A stretch of 61,546 bases of DNA, filler included, from Nemertoderma westbladi (lineage: Eukaryota > Animalia > Xenacoelomorpha): NCBI GenBank assembly GCA_032718475.1. It is 3 parts of 3 records of this genome, joined end to end, with 100 filler letters (N's around TTAATTAATTAA, not from the genome) between each part and the next. Parts side by side here need not be neighbours in the genome. Positions count along the whole stretch, not along the records: positions 1 to 31,323 come from JAUCBJ010002677.1; positions 31,424 to 52,173 come from JAUCBJ010008901.1; 1 more part is not named here. One strand, given 5' to 3'. Positions 23,250 through 35,479 of the stretch are shown one piece after another. Positions within the stretch are counted from its first letter, which is position 1. Every line of letters starts with the position of its first letter. Position numbers and translations under genes: made by a program. The notes under the pieces are model-generated. The model was not told where the DNA came from and ran no database searches. It saw only the letters and a list, made by a program, of their open reading frames with translations.

Positions 23250-23269
23250 GTAAGCAGCAGGGAACACTA

Positions 23270-23770
23270 GTAGCAATTGTTTAGCTCAAATTACTGTGGT
23301 CTCTATGAATCCATGCTATTTCATAACCCCTAACGTACCGGAGCTGAATTTCTCCCTATATGTGAGTAAAATTGGTGGCAGTCGGCAAATTCGCGTATTT
23401 CAGCATTATTATCACTGTGTGAGTGTGAATGATTAATAATACATTCCTAAAGAATGAAAACATTTGCGTTATAATTGTAATTAGTATAAGTCATAACTCT
23501 GCGTGGTATTTAAAGCGCAGCACCTGAAAGGAACTGTTGGTATTTCCCTGAAAATAAATATAGCTTTTGGAGATTATATAGTAGAGATCAATCGAATAAT
23601 ACAAAATAGCCTACCCCTCTCTCTGGCCATAGAATTCAGTCTCCCATTTCCGGTGGGTCATATGCCGTGCTAGACTGACTTCGGCTGTGTTCATATTTCG
23701 TATGGGCTGTCAGACATCATAAGACATATGAATTAACAAGTTAAACTGTTAAAGGTCTAAAAGCTCAAAC
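23270..23770 (+). repeat. Dispersed repeat, copy 1; marks the end of recognisable element A
   Basis: Homologous to ~50690-51200 (TTCTCCCTATATG..AGTAAAATTGGTGGC ... GTTAAACTGTTAAAGGTCTAAAAGC). Confidence 0.8.
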
Positions 23771-25212
23771 AGCTAATGAGTATGCAGTTTTGGGTTAGGG
23801 TAACGGTTGACTGGACCGGTTCCTTCAACCTTACCCCTTCAGGCTGTACCATCCTTGTAACACACCAGTTGACCAGTACACTGCCTGCTGATGCTGAATT
23901 GATTCATCCAAGCCGTTATTGATCAACACCCAACAATCAACCAGCAGACAGTATTTGGTATTAAATTACGAAAATGGGGCGAAGTTATCGGATTTTACTA
24001 ATTAAAAACTTAAAAGTGTTATTTGTATATACACTTGTGTTTTTAATGGCTGCATTTAAATTTTACCACGCCTGGGGGTGTATCTTAATTATTATTAATT
24101 AAAAAATGTAAAGTGTGCCTTCTAATTATACCAAACTTATTGGAAAGCGTAGATTGTTTTTATAATTTCGATAGTTTTGTTGATAATGTCGTCATTTTCT
24201 TTATTTTCGGGTTTTATAACTATCCCGAATTAATAAAGTTGCAAAGCATTAAAATAATCATTAATAATTGTATAAATAATTTGATTAGGCCTACTGTGAA
24301 GTTTATCCAAAAATAATAAATAAATTCGTGTAATTGTATTGTATAATACAGATTTATGATAGATAGATTTGATGTCGTCCTATAATACTGTAAGTTTCCT
24401 CCTATTATTCCCAAATCAACACTAAGAATTGAATGACAAATCAATTAAAACTTGAAGTGTTGAAGCAACTATGTCTGAAGTGATATTGAACAAATTTATA
24501 ATTAATTGTTGACAGTTTCCATGGCAATGAAACAGGTGGACAAAATCATTGTTATGCAAGCATACATACATACAAACATACATCAGCAAACAAACATACA
24601 GTACTATTATAAATCATAACGTGGAATATAAGAATAATAAGTTTACACAATACAACTACTGTACTAATGGTCTAAGCGCTTTATATAGGGTAGATCGCGG
24701 AGAGATAGGAGTGATAATTACTTGATATGGAGAGATTGCGATCGATCAAACAATCAATCTTGGTCGATCGGTTGCTTACAGAAAGTGCGGAGGCAGTCAT
24801 TGCAGAGGCGACTGAAACGATCGATGATTTTTGCGCAGTTTATATGAAAGCTGCGGTCTGCGGAAACCTGTGCTCCATCCACGTAGAGTTGTGCTCATGA
24901 TGAACGATATTAGAGTTTGACATCATGGTTGAATAGATGGGACTAATTGAAATGTAACAATAAGGTTGTCGAGTACAGTCCGATATAATTGGGATACCTT
25001 ACAGACGATTCAAAAATCGTATTTCACGAAAAAATTAATTAATTTTAACTGGTTTAATTAACTTTAAACAGGGGCCAATTTCAGATAGTGGGTAAGTGAT
25101 TGAATAAGTTTAATTAGGAATTTACTGTGGTCTTTTTCATTATATTATGAGCACAAAAACAAATTTTCCAAAATTAAATATTTAAGAGGTATACTTCCAT
25201 ACTTACATCGAG

Positions 25213-25720
25213 CACTACTACTACTACTAGGATCGGCATGCTGCATTGCAGCTGCATTTTTAAGAATGCTGTGCCGGCTTGTCAACAAAATTGCACCGCC
25301 ACAACTCCCTATCACCCATGACATTTGCTAGATCATCCGCATCTTTAAGGCCAGTGTCCTTTAAGATGCGTCTCAAGAAAGTCATGGGCTGTCCACCATG
25401 CTTATTCACTCCATGAGGCTGCCAAAGTACAAGATTATGCACTGGCTGGTCCTCACGGCGAAAGCAATGTCCTGCAAAGCGGAGGCGATTTTGTTCTAGT
25501 GTCAAGCTTGGGGGAACCAATGAGACAACTCCAATGTTATATAGTGTCTGGTTGGAGATGTGTGCATTGTACTTGACACAATGAACCCGGCGTAGCATTC
25601 TTGTGAATGTGCCATCCAGAGATTTGGTGTCCTCAGCAGTTAGAGCCCAGCATGGACTCCCATAGAGGAGTACTGGAACTACTGCTGCTCTAAATAATCG
25701 GACCTTAAGTTTCCGATTAG
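25213..25720 (-). mobile_element. 3' end fragment of an RTE-clade LINE (family RTE-a)
   Basis: LLYGSPCWALT, RLRFAGHCFRR, stop codon, short UTR and (TAG)n tail. Confidence 0.88.
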
Positions 25721-26185
25721 TACAGTAGGCCTTGGTCCATGCCCTTGCCCTAATCTCCCCTATCACCTGACTGCCTGATCACCTATCAGCCTATTAGGCC
25801 TATTACAGTATTACGGTAGGCTTATATAAGAGATGTATCTGTAGGCCAAGGCAGCAAGGCTGTCTGGCTGTAGCACTGTGTGTAGCCTGCCTACTTGCCT
25901 AGTCAGTCTGATAGTGTCAGAGTGTAGAACTACCAGTACTTAATTATGTTATTAGGTCTACTGATGCCAGATGCTGCAGCTGCGGCTGGATTAGCTGATT
26001 AGCTACCGGTAACGTACGTACGGCCTGCAGTGCTGCAGACCTGACTCTGTCTGCCTACGCCAGTAGGCTGCTGCATGCTGTGATAAGGACTGAAGGATCA
26101 GACGGCACTGTGGTCAGCTGGTCAATCTGTCAATTAGGTATTGGTACCGGCATGTTTCTCATTCAGGCCTAAAAATTATCTGATT

Positions 26186-26455
26186 ATGGCAAAGACAACC
26201 AAATATGAATATCAACATCTGATTGGTAGTTTCACAGATTTTGGTTCCCTCTCAAACAGTACCGTTGCTAGTACCGGTACGGGAACTACAACCACCTATG
26301 TTTTCTCACCTCCAGATGAAATCGAGTTGCTCGAACCTCAACCGCGGTCTAGAAAAAAAAGCGACGAAAACAAACAGGAGGCAGATTCCTTCTTGGAGAG
26401 GGAAATCCGTCCTGGTGATACAATTCAGGGATTCTCCTTGCAGTATGGTGTCCAG
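26186..26455 (+). CDS. LYSMD3: LysM-domain transmembrane protein (LYSMD3/4-like), coding exon 1
   Basis: ATG at 26186; 90 codons ending in the first half of LysM, REIRPGDTIQGFSLQYGVQ; phase-0 donor CAG|GT at 26455/26456. Confidence 0.82.
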
Positions 26456-26759
26456 GTTGTTTACTATCTGTAGCCTGTAGGCCTATTATTCTATTAGGCC
26501 TATTAGGCTATGTATCAGATTCAGATCAGCAGATTATATTCATTCAGATACCGGTATTAGTACAGTGCGGCCGGTATTAGCAGATTAGCATTAGGCCTAG
26601 AAAATTACAGTATTATAATACCGGTATTATCAGATTATTATTACAGTATTAGGCCTACAGTATTATCAGATTATACTGCATCTTATATAATTTTAAATTT
26701 TCTGTCGGTTTCCGTATTTACTGAGTGTTGAATTGAGTGTATAATACTACCGGTACCTT

Positions 26760-28169
26760 AGTGTTTAAACGGGATCACACTTTTCGGGATTTCCTGGATC
26801 GCTGGGACCGGGATTTTCACTCTCGGGATCCTGTTTTTCGGCATCGGGATTGCAATTTTGTATTAAATTTCCTTAAAGTTAATAGTACAGTAGTAGGCCT
26901 ATATCAGTATATATGGCGGAATGGCGGGGTTTGGCTAACACTCACTTTATCTTACACTTCTGAAATATTTGTAAGATTAAGTTATATTAAAATTATCTTG
27001 CATTTGATTAGGCCTACTACTACTAGGATCGGCATTGCAGCTGCATTTTTAAGAATGCTGTGCCGGCTTATCGACAAAATTGCACCGCCACAACTCCCTA
27101 TCACCCATGACATTTGCTAGATCATCCGCATCTTCAAGGCCAGTGTCCTTTAAGATGCATCTCAAGAAAGTCATTGGCTGTCCACCATGCTTATTCACTC
27201 CATGACTGCATGAGGCGCCAAAGTACCCGATTATGCACTGGCTGGTGCTCACGGCGAAAGCAATGTCCTGCAAAGGACAGTTTGCTTTGCTTTGCTTTGT
27301 TCTGGTGTCAAGCTTGGGGAAACCATTGAGACACCTCCAATGTTATAGGCCTATAGTGTCTGGTTGGAGATGTGTGAATTGTACTTGACACAATGAACCC
27401 GGCGTAGCATTCTTGTGAATGTACCATCCAAAGATTTGGTGTCCTCAGCAGTTAGAGCCCAGCATGGACTCCCATAGTGGAGTACTGGAACTACTGCTGC
27501 TCTAAATAATCGGACCTTAAGTTTCCGATTATTTATCGGGGACTTCCAAATCCTGGAAAGCCTATTCAAGGCTGCCCGTGTCTTTCCCTTACGTATTCGA
27601 AGGTCCTCCCCTGACTTCCGGATCCATGATCCCAGGTAACATAAGTCATCCACATGCTCAAGCATACCATCTTTTGAGCTTATGCTCATCCGATCAGAGA
27701 CTTGCTGAGGATTTTCAAAGTTAACTGTCAAAATGTTGGTCTTTCTGGAGTTAATAAAAAGACCAACACTAGAAGCAGCATGTTCTAATGAGCTGAGGAG
27801 CCGAGAGTGTTAGGTTGCCCTTCTTGGGAACTGGCATCTGGCACCAACTTATTTGTTTTCATTTCTTGTGGGACTCTTGTTGTTCGGTACATGTCTACTA
27901 TGATGGGATAGATGAGCTTTAAATATATAGATAGATGCATTTGATTACTGGATGTTTTACTGAAATAAAAATTAGATATAATATAATCATGTAGCCTAAT
28001 CAAAACATTTCCGTTCTGCTGGAACTATTTCTCAGATATTCAACAAATTTACTTATAATAAGTCTATATTTACTTCGGGAAACCAGATCCAATAATGTCG
28101 GGATTGGGGCGGGATTGCGTCTTTCGCCGGGATCCCTGTTTTTCTGGATCGGGATCCCGTTTAAACACT
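26760..28169. mobile_element. hAT-like non-autonomous DNA transposon in the LysM gene intron
   Basis: 17-bp TIR AGTGTTTAAACGGGATC / GATCCCGTTTAAACACT; subterminal CGGGAT repeats; 8-bp flanks GGTACCTT / GCTACCTT (7 of 8 match). Confidence 0.75.
27011..27935 (-). mobile_element. Internally deleted RTE-a copy nested in the hAT-like element
   Basis: (TAG)n tail, RT C-terminal motifs, a jump at ~27803 to upstream RT sequence, and 12-bp TSD TGCATTTGATTA at 26999-27010 and 27936-27947. Confidence 0.88.
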
Positions 28170-28228
28170 GCTACCTTTACACCTGTTCTGGTGAGTGAGA
28201 AGTAATTCAACGATTTATTTAATTTTAG

Positions 28229-28759
28229 GTGTCCGAACTGAGGCGTGCGAACGGAATTCTTTCCGATACCGACTTCCGGGGTCTTAGTCGAATCCGGATT
28301 CCGGTACGACCTCACGGCTTATTAACCGACCCGAGGGAGGAACAAAAACGACGGCCCGATGTCGGTTCCTTACAGGCGGACACTCCGTCGGTAACTAAAC
28401 TAGAAACGGACTCGGAACCAACTCGGTTCCACGATATATCTATCGGGGACTCGCACTGCAGTATCACAGACAGACCGACAGACCCTACAGAATTCCTACA
28501 ACGAATGGACTCGGACATACAGAATATCTGTCGGTCGACGGACACACTGAAACCCTCCCTGGAGGAAACAACTCGGTATTTGACCAACAAACGGATTCTC
28601 CCTTTACCCGCCCGCAACCCGCCCACCAACGGCGCCGACTGGGGTGTTAAGTGGTGGGCCTTATTAGGCCTCTCTCTCCTTGTTATCGTACTTATTGTTA
28701 TTTACGGCGTTTGGGCTTATTGTAGTAAACATTCCTGTAGTTTATTCCATTTCAGCTAG
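28229..28759 (+). CDS. LYSMD3: LysM-domain transmembrane protein (LYSMD3/4-like), coding exon 2
   Basis: Acceptor TTTTAG|GTG; VSELRRANGILSDTDFRGLSRIRIPV completes LysM; GADWGVKWW precedes a TM helix as in LYSMD3/4; spliced product 266 aa. Confidence 0.85.
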   Translation: MSELRRANGILSDTDFRGLSRIRIPVRPHGLLTDPREEQKRRPDVGSLQADTPSVTKLETDSEPTRFHDISIGDSHCSITDRPTDPTEFLQRMDSDIQNICRSTDTLKPSLEETTRYLTNKRILPLPARNPPTNGADWGVKWWALLGLSLLVIVLIVIYGVWAYCSKHSCSLFHFS

Positions 28760-31323
28760 GTTTTGGTCGACATTCTTGTAGATTTATTTATTGCATGGGA
28801 TACAATTGGTTTCACAGAGGGTATACCGGGGTTATTTTGATACCGGAACCAATCTGACATTCAAAAATGTTCTTTTTTTCAGAATTATTTAAATCGTTGG
28901 CGTTTCGGATGTACATTTGGTCACTAAAACTATCTAAATACCGAGCACATTACATTTTTTAGGAATTCTTGGTGTCTCTCTCCCCACTAAATCCATTGCA
29001 GATTTAATGTTTTTTTTTTAATTTAGTTTATTTCAGTTTATTTACTATGTTATTCTTTTAGTGAAGGGCTTTATTTACACTGATATATTATTATAGGTTT
29101 AAAACATTGAATCTTTGCTGGGCTGTAATTGGTACGCACAGGATAAAAACATAAAGAAAAGTTTCTTCAGCCTACGCCTACAGGCCAGGGATTACCCACA
29201 AAATCTGACGATTTATTTCCGGTGCGGTCCTCCCAGAACTATACTCCCAAGAGGAAACTCCAGTACTCATTTAGCTACCTTACATTTAGGATTCAAGGCA
29301 GAGATGCGCCCTGGTTAACATTTTAGGCGACATTAAGGAAATTTATATTTGTATAGAAAGAAACATAACTACAAATTAATAAAATTGTTTATATTTATTT
29401 ATTTATTTATTTACCTTTCATGGTTCGGGCATTAATGACCCATCCCGGTACTACTAAATATACAAAATATATATAAATTTATTTCAGATGCAGCTACAAT
29501 TGTTTTATATTTTAGATTCATCACAACAATTAAAATAGAAATTTTATAACTCAAAATCCATCAAATATAATATCCCCGGTATAACCTAGATGCTTGTGAG
29601 AAAATTATTTGTCATGCAATAAAGCAGTTTATTTACTCTTATATCGTACTTTTTATCCTCACCCCCCCCCCCCCCCCCCCCCCCCACCCCCACGGTTCTA
29701 CTACCGGTAACTACGTCCCGTTAACAAAATCACTACGATCACAAATAAGTAAATACCGTTAGTTATACAGCGAGGTCGATAATATAAGGTGAACAACTTT
29801 TTTAATTATTTGCTATTTTCTGTAACCCGATCCGATCAGGATATCGACCTATTTATTTCTTAATAAGCTTAATTCCCCTTCTTTCCTTGTTTAATGGATG
29901 TTTGTTTTCATCATTATTATTGTGTCTGGTTTTTCTTCAACGTTGGGGATGATAATAAAGTACGATCTAAAGAATAAAGTATTATTTGTGTTTGTGCTGG
30001 TGCCGCGGCCTACAAGTTATTTCATTACATTATGTATATAAAATGTTATATTTAAATGTGCATTAGTATTATATTTAATTATGTGGTTTATTTAATTATT
30101 ATTATAAATGCTGATGGATGGATTTCGTACTTTTTTCTATTTAATGAGGGGCAGTTTGTCTCTATGGGTACTCACTCATGATAGCACCTTTTGATATCCG
30201 GGTATCTGATATCCGGTAAACTTACGCCGGATATCCGACCTGCTGTAAATTAAATCTTACTAAACGAGAGTAAAAATTGTTTTCTATTCGCGGGCATTAT
30301 TGAAAGGTGTCAGATTTTACAACAAATTTCAAAGTTAAATATTAACTGTTCTTTTAAACTCTTTAAACTTGTTCTAGACATATTATTAAGGCTTCTTTCA
30401 AGCGTTGTTTTATATTGACTAGGATCTGCTTTACATTATTTACAATCCGCGAATGTTTAATAAAAAATGTTGCAATTTTAGTCATTTTTCAGAGATATTT
30501 TAGAAAAGCTAAAAAACTTTAAAGTGGCCATTGCAGAATCGGTATTTTATGGAAACTGACGTTTTCGATGGTTCTGATTCGGAATTGTGACTCGTTTTGT
30601 TTGTCACTGATCGGAACTATAGTTGTTTTGGTTCTAGTTTTCCCTCGTTCATATCACATTCCGTGCGCAACTTTCTATTTTAGTTTGGTATTGAAGTTTT
30701 GCTGATTATTATCACAACATAGTTAAGAATCAGTTTGGATAACAACGAGAAGTATAATAATCAGTTTTTATTTGAAAAAGGCTCTTTTGCTCACTAAAAA
30801 ACAACAAAAAACAATAATAGTCCTTTTTTCAATTCAATTGGTATCGTTGTGCTGAAAATTTCACGTTCAAAAATATTTCATGCTTAATATACCTGAGATT
30901 TCCGTGCATAAGAGAGTAACCAATAGGCTACCACCGTAGGCCTACGGTGTACATGCACTCTGTACGATTCTTTGTTTTCTAAGTTAATATTGTCTTCATC
31001 CTATAGCTGTTTGGCTATTATTCATCACTGTTACTATTCATCACATTACGAATCGGAATTTTGGATATTTTGAGTTCGAAATCTTTTCCGTCGTTTACTT
31101 TCCGTCAGTAACGTTGTTTGCAATATTAATTTTGCAGTTTTCATTGACTGTTTATGAATTTGCGATACTTTTTTTCGATAAATCTGCAGACTATGAGTGA
31201 ATACATTTTTTATTGTTAAATGGCTTTTTTGGTCATTTTGGTAAACAATTATCTCTATCTTGAACTACCCGAACAATATGCACCAACAGACTTTTGTCAG
31301 TCCGTTCGTAACGAAAGTTTTCA

Positions 31324-31423
31324 NNNNNNNNNNNNNNNNNNNNNNNNNNNNNNNNNNNNNNNNNNNNTTAATTAATTAANNNNNNNNNNNNNNNNNNNNN
31401 NNNNNNNNNNNNNNNNNNNNNNN
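31324..31423. other. Assembly gap with artificial all-frame stop linker
   Basis: N44-TTAATTAATTAA-N44. Confidence 0.97.
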
Positions 31424-33035
31424 ATTTTAGGCGTGGAGGCGACCCCATTTGTAAGAAATATAAACTCACCTTATGCTGATAGTATTGATACTGCCATGCC
31501 TCTACCGGTACGAAATTAGCTATTTCTAAAGAATCACCATTAAATACTCTAGCCAATCATTTTGCGAAATAAACAATAAGCAAGCTGTCTTATTAGTCTG
31601 GCTCCTTATGCTGCCCGTCCTATAGATGTAATCAACCTTTGTTCGAGTTTGTGGTGAGGTGGACTGATTCCCTTGTTCGAGTAGTGTGGTGAGGTGGACT
31701 GATTCCAGGTGGTGAGGTGGACTGATTCCCAGCTAGGCAATAGCAAATGAAATGAGGCAGATGGAAGTACAGTGGGGAGAAGGGGCATTTTAATAAGTTA
31801 ATAATGTTTAGATCAATTAAAGACACATTTCTTAAAGCAAATCACTTGAACTAATTAAAAACTATAATGGAATGGGGTATGGGGATTACAGCTGTATAAT
31901 TTTTAAGTATAATTATTTATATCTTATACTATAAAATAATTAATTCCCATTAAAAATGTTGATCAGCTAAATCCTCATTGCCAAGAATATCCTGCATTAT
32001 GTTTGAATATCCCCCCCCCCCCCCCCCCCCCCTTATCCTTTATTAAATTCTTGAGATATCATCATGCATCGCTATACAGGTCATGCCTAATGATGCTTTG
32101 CAGGGCTTGGCTTGAAACCAAGTTGTTTGAGCCGTTCTCTGTATTTCGCGACGATTCTCTGCATTGCGTCCCCAAGTAAGCCATAAGAACTTTGTAGTGA
32201 AAATTTGGCCAAAATCCCAATTTTATCGTGGGAGGAGCCCTATAATATTCACTTTAAATTTAACCATACAAATTTTATTGCATAATAATATATTTTAATC
32301 AGAATTAAATAAGTAATATAAGTAGACCATAATTACTGTATATCACTGTGACTTTCAAAATTTACAGTGTACAGTCAGTCTGCATAATGTAGGCCTACAT
32401 ACACTTTCACGCTACAGGTGAATGAGGATTTACATACCTGTACAGTATTTGATCGCGAACTGTCGCGGTGTTTGTTAGTGGCACCCATGGATTAAATTAA
32501 AATCATGTAAATCATGTAAATGACACGGCTTGTAATGTACAGTATAACATAGTCATTGAAATCCTAAGATGAAACAGCAATACATTTATATAGTAGTACA
32601 GTACTATTATAGCAGCCAACATAAAATAAATAACTTATTTATTTATTATGTAATAATAAGTAATTAATTTACTAGGCAACGTAATATAATTCACAGTACA
32701 ATATAAGACTGCCACAATTGATATAATGAAGGAACTACCAAAATATGTTATAGAGTATTGGTGTATTAAGTAGCAATCAGTAGAGCCCCCATTGAGTATA
32801 ATATATTGCGATGATACGTCGAAATATTTGGTATATTCAGTCTACACCCAAACAAACGTTTCCTTACCCTCAGGCTAAGTATATCGCAAAGATACAGGCG
32901 TTTACGATATCCCCGTACCTATAGAGAAAAATATTTATCATTATTATTACAGTCGGACTAATTACAGTCGGAGTAGACTAATAATATTTTATTTTAAGAA
33001 TTATTATCTTATATTAAGGAATGTTTTATAGTAAC

Positions 33036-33872
33036 AAGGTCCGCGTCTACTAACGCATGAACTGTCTCCTTGAATGGCTTACTACCAAAGGTCCGCGTCT
33101 ACTAACGCATGAACTGTCTCCTTGAATGGCTTACTACCAAAGGTCCGCGTCTACTAATGCATGAACTGTCTCCTTGAATAGCTTACTACCAAAGGTCCGC
33201 GTCTACTAACGCATAAACTGTCTCCTTCAATGGCTTACTACCAAAGGTCCGCGTCTACTAACGCATGAACTGTCTCCTTAAATGGCTTACTGCCAAAGGT
33301 CCGCGTCTACTAAAGCATCAACTGTCTCCTTGAATGGCTTACTACCAAAGGTCCGCATCTACTAACGCATGAACTGTCTCCTTGAATGGCTAACTACCAA
33401 AGGTCCGCGTCTACTAACGCATGAACTGTCTCCTTAAATGGCTTACTACCAAAGGTCCGCGTATACTAACGCATAAACTGTCTCCTTGAATGGCTTACTG
33501 TACTACCAAAGGTCCGCGTCTACTAACGCACGAACTGTCTCCTTGAATGGCTTACTACCAAAGGTCCGCGTCTACTAACGCATAAACTGTCTCCTTGAAT
33601 GGCTTACTACCAAAGGTCCACGTCTATTAACGCATGAACTGTCTCCTTAAATGGCTTACTACCAAAGGTCCGCGTCTACTAAAGCATCAACTGTCTCCTT
33701 GAATGGCTTACTACCAAAGGTCCGCATCTACTAACTCATGAACTGTCTTCTTGAATGGCTTACTACCAAAGGTCCGCGTCTACTAACGCATGAACTGTAT
33801 CCTTGAATGGCTTACTACCAGAGGTCCGCGTCTACTAACGCATGAAATGTCTCCTTGAATGGCTTACTTCCA
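33036..33872. repeat. 52-bp minisatellite, about 16 copies
   Basis: AAGGTCCGCGTCTACTAACGCATGAACTGTCTCCTTGAATGGCTTACTACCA head to tail, with no spacers. Confidence 0.97.
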
Positions 33873-33892
33873 ATCTTACAACAAAAATAATT

Positions 33893-33965
33893 CACCGGAA
33901 TGGGGGATTGAATTCGGTACCTAGAGATTCCAATTCCCACGCTCTGCCAACTGAGCCACTGTGGC
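33893..33965 (-). pseudogene. tRNA-derived segment (pseudo-tRNA or SINE head; TGG at the anticodon position)
   Basis: Minus strand GCCACAGTGGCTCAGTTGGCAGAGCG...GAATTCAATCCC gives an A box and a degenerate B box, with T5 shortly downstream; acceptor stem is poor. Confidence 0.6.
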
Positions 33966-34131
33966 AGTATCAATCCATAATACCAAAAACCTAACGAGAA
34001 ATTAACAACAACAACAACAACAATGGAGTGAACACTAGAGGTCTCGCAACGCGGACCTAAAAATCAATGATTACAGTACAGATTGTTTGTATAGCCAAAA
34101 TATACGAATAACAATATATAGTACCAGTGAT

Positions 34132-34796
34132 AACCAAAACAATAAACGTTAGGCTATCATTACCAATTGAGAAGTATATCAGGTTATTCAGGACGACTTT
34201 TCTAACAAAAACAATAAACGTTAGGCTATCATTACCAATTGAGAAGGATATCAGGTTATTCAGGACGACTTTTCTTACCAAAACAATAAACGTTAGGCTA
34301 TTATTACCAATTGAGAAGGATATCAGGTTATTCAGGACGACTTTTCTAACCAAAACAATAAACGTTAGGCTATCATTACCAATTGAGAAGGATATCAGGT
34401 TATTCAGGACGACTTTTCTAACCAAAACAATAAACGTTAGGCTATCATTACCAATTGAGAAGGATATCAGGTTATTCAGGACGACTTTTCTAACAAAAAC
34501 AATAATCGTTAGGCTATCATTACGAATTGAGAAGGATATCAGGTTATTCAGGACGACTTTTCTAACCAAGACAATAAACGTTAGGCTATCATTACCAATT
34601 GAGAAGGATATCAGGTTATTCAGGACGACTTTTCTAACCAAAACAATAAACGTTAGGCTATCATTACCAATTGAGAAGGATATCAGGTTATTCAGGACGA
34701 CTTTTCTAACAAAAACAATAATCGTTAGGCTATCATTACGAATTGAGAAGGATATCAGGTTATTCAGGACGACTTTTCTAACCAGAACAATAAACG
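34132..34796. repeat. 72-bp minisatellite, about 9 copies
   Basis: AATAAACGTTAGGCTATCATTACCAATTGAGAAGGATATCAGG.. at 72-bp period. Confidence 0.97.
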
Positions 34797-35479
34797 GACC
34801 TATGCAGTGAGCCTGAGCAGTGCTCTTTCATTCACATTATAAGAAATGCAAACGGAACAGTAGTGTTTGAGTTTCTACGCATGTCCTTAGTAGTAGTAGT
34901 AGTAGTAGTGTTTGAATGAATTCTAATAACAACAACATTAGGGGTGGGGGGACCAAATTCGGGATAGAGGACTTAATCCGTTAGCAGAGGACCGATTCTG
35001 TGAGGGACAAACTCCGCTGGTAGGGCCTACACCAGTAACATGCTTCCCATATTCCCATTATGGCTAACCTATATAAAGACATCTCAGAAGAGACACGATA
35101 TCGTTGACGGGTGTCTATCACAAATTTACTTGATAATATAAAAAAATTTCCTACTATACTGCACTTTAATGCCACGACAAACCACCTGGTACCTCCATCC
35201 ATCGACACGAGTCCAGAGTAAATCGACCAATTTCGCGAATCGCGTTGGAATTTGTATTGATCACTGCCAATAACTACAGTATTGAGCCATCGCCTTTCTC
35301 CTATACGTTTCATCTGTCAAATAGAACGTAAAAACGCAGATGGTTAACGACGTGTCACATGATGTATTTTAAATTCTGCGCATTTGCATGGGTGATGGTT
35401 GGCTATATGTAATATATACACACGTTCGTGGGGACTTCGCGCAGCACGATACTCAATTATGAGATACAAATTATATATT

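Larger units (their letters stand above)
4299..23265 (+). mobile_element. BEL/Pao LTR retrotransposon A: decayed, interrupted by two LINEs, no 3' LTR
   Basis: 5' LTR, gag, RT (FYVDD ~11700), Pao-type RNase H (LHIFSD..EAFGAVLY), integrase (PFRHSGVDMFG, SNNGTNFIGA, YWKRWIQEYL) in BEL order, then an extra 3' ORF; many stops and frameshifts. Confidence 0.9.
33033..34063 (-). mobile_element. Helentron-associated non-autonomous element (HINE/DINE-1-like)
   Basis: On the minus strand: TTTTT-AGGTCCGCG-TTG-CGAGACCT terminal hairpin, (GTT)n microsatellite, and inverted subTIR CGCGGACCT-TGTT at the far end. Confidence 0.65.

Noticed and set aside
24680-25010. Possible decayed LINE fragment on the minus strand
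   Set aside because: Only a faint resemblance and no diagnostic motif.
31368-31379. TTAATTAATTAA as a biological motif
   Set aside because: It is centred in N runs and repeated identically at 52218-52229, so it is an assembly linker.
33893-33965. Functional tRNA-Pro gene
   Set aside because: The acceptor stem does not pair well, the B box is degenerate, and it sits inside a repeat element.
33036-34796. 52-bp and 72-bp arrays as CRISPR arrays
   Set aside because: The units are contiguous with no unique spacers, there are no cas genes, and the context is eukaryotic.
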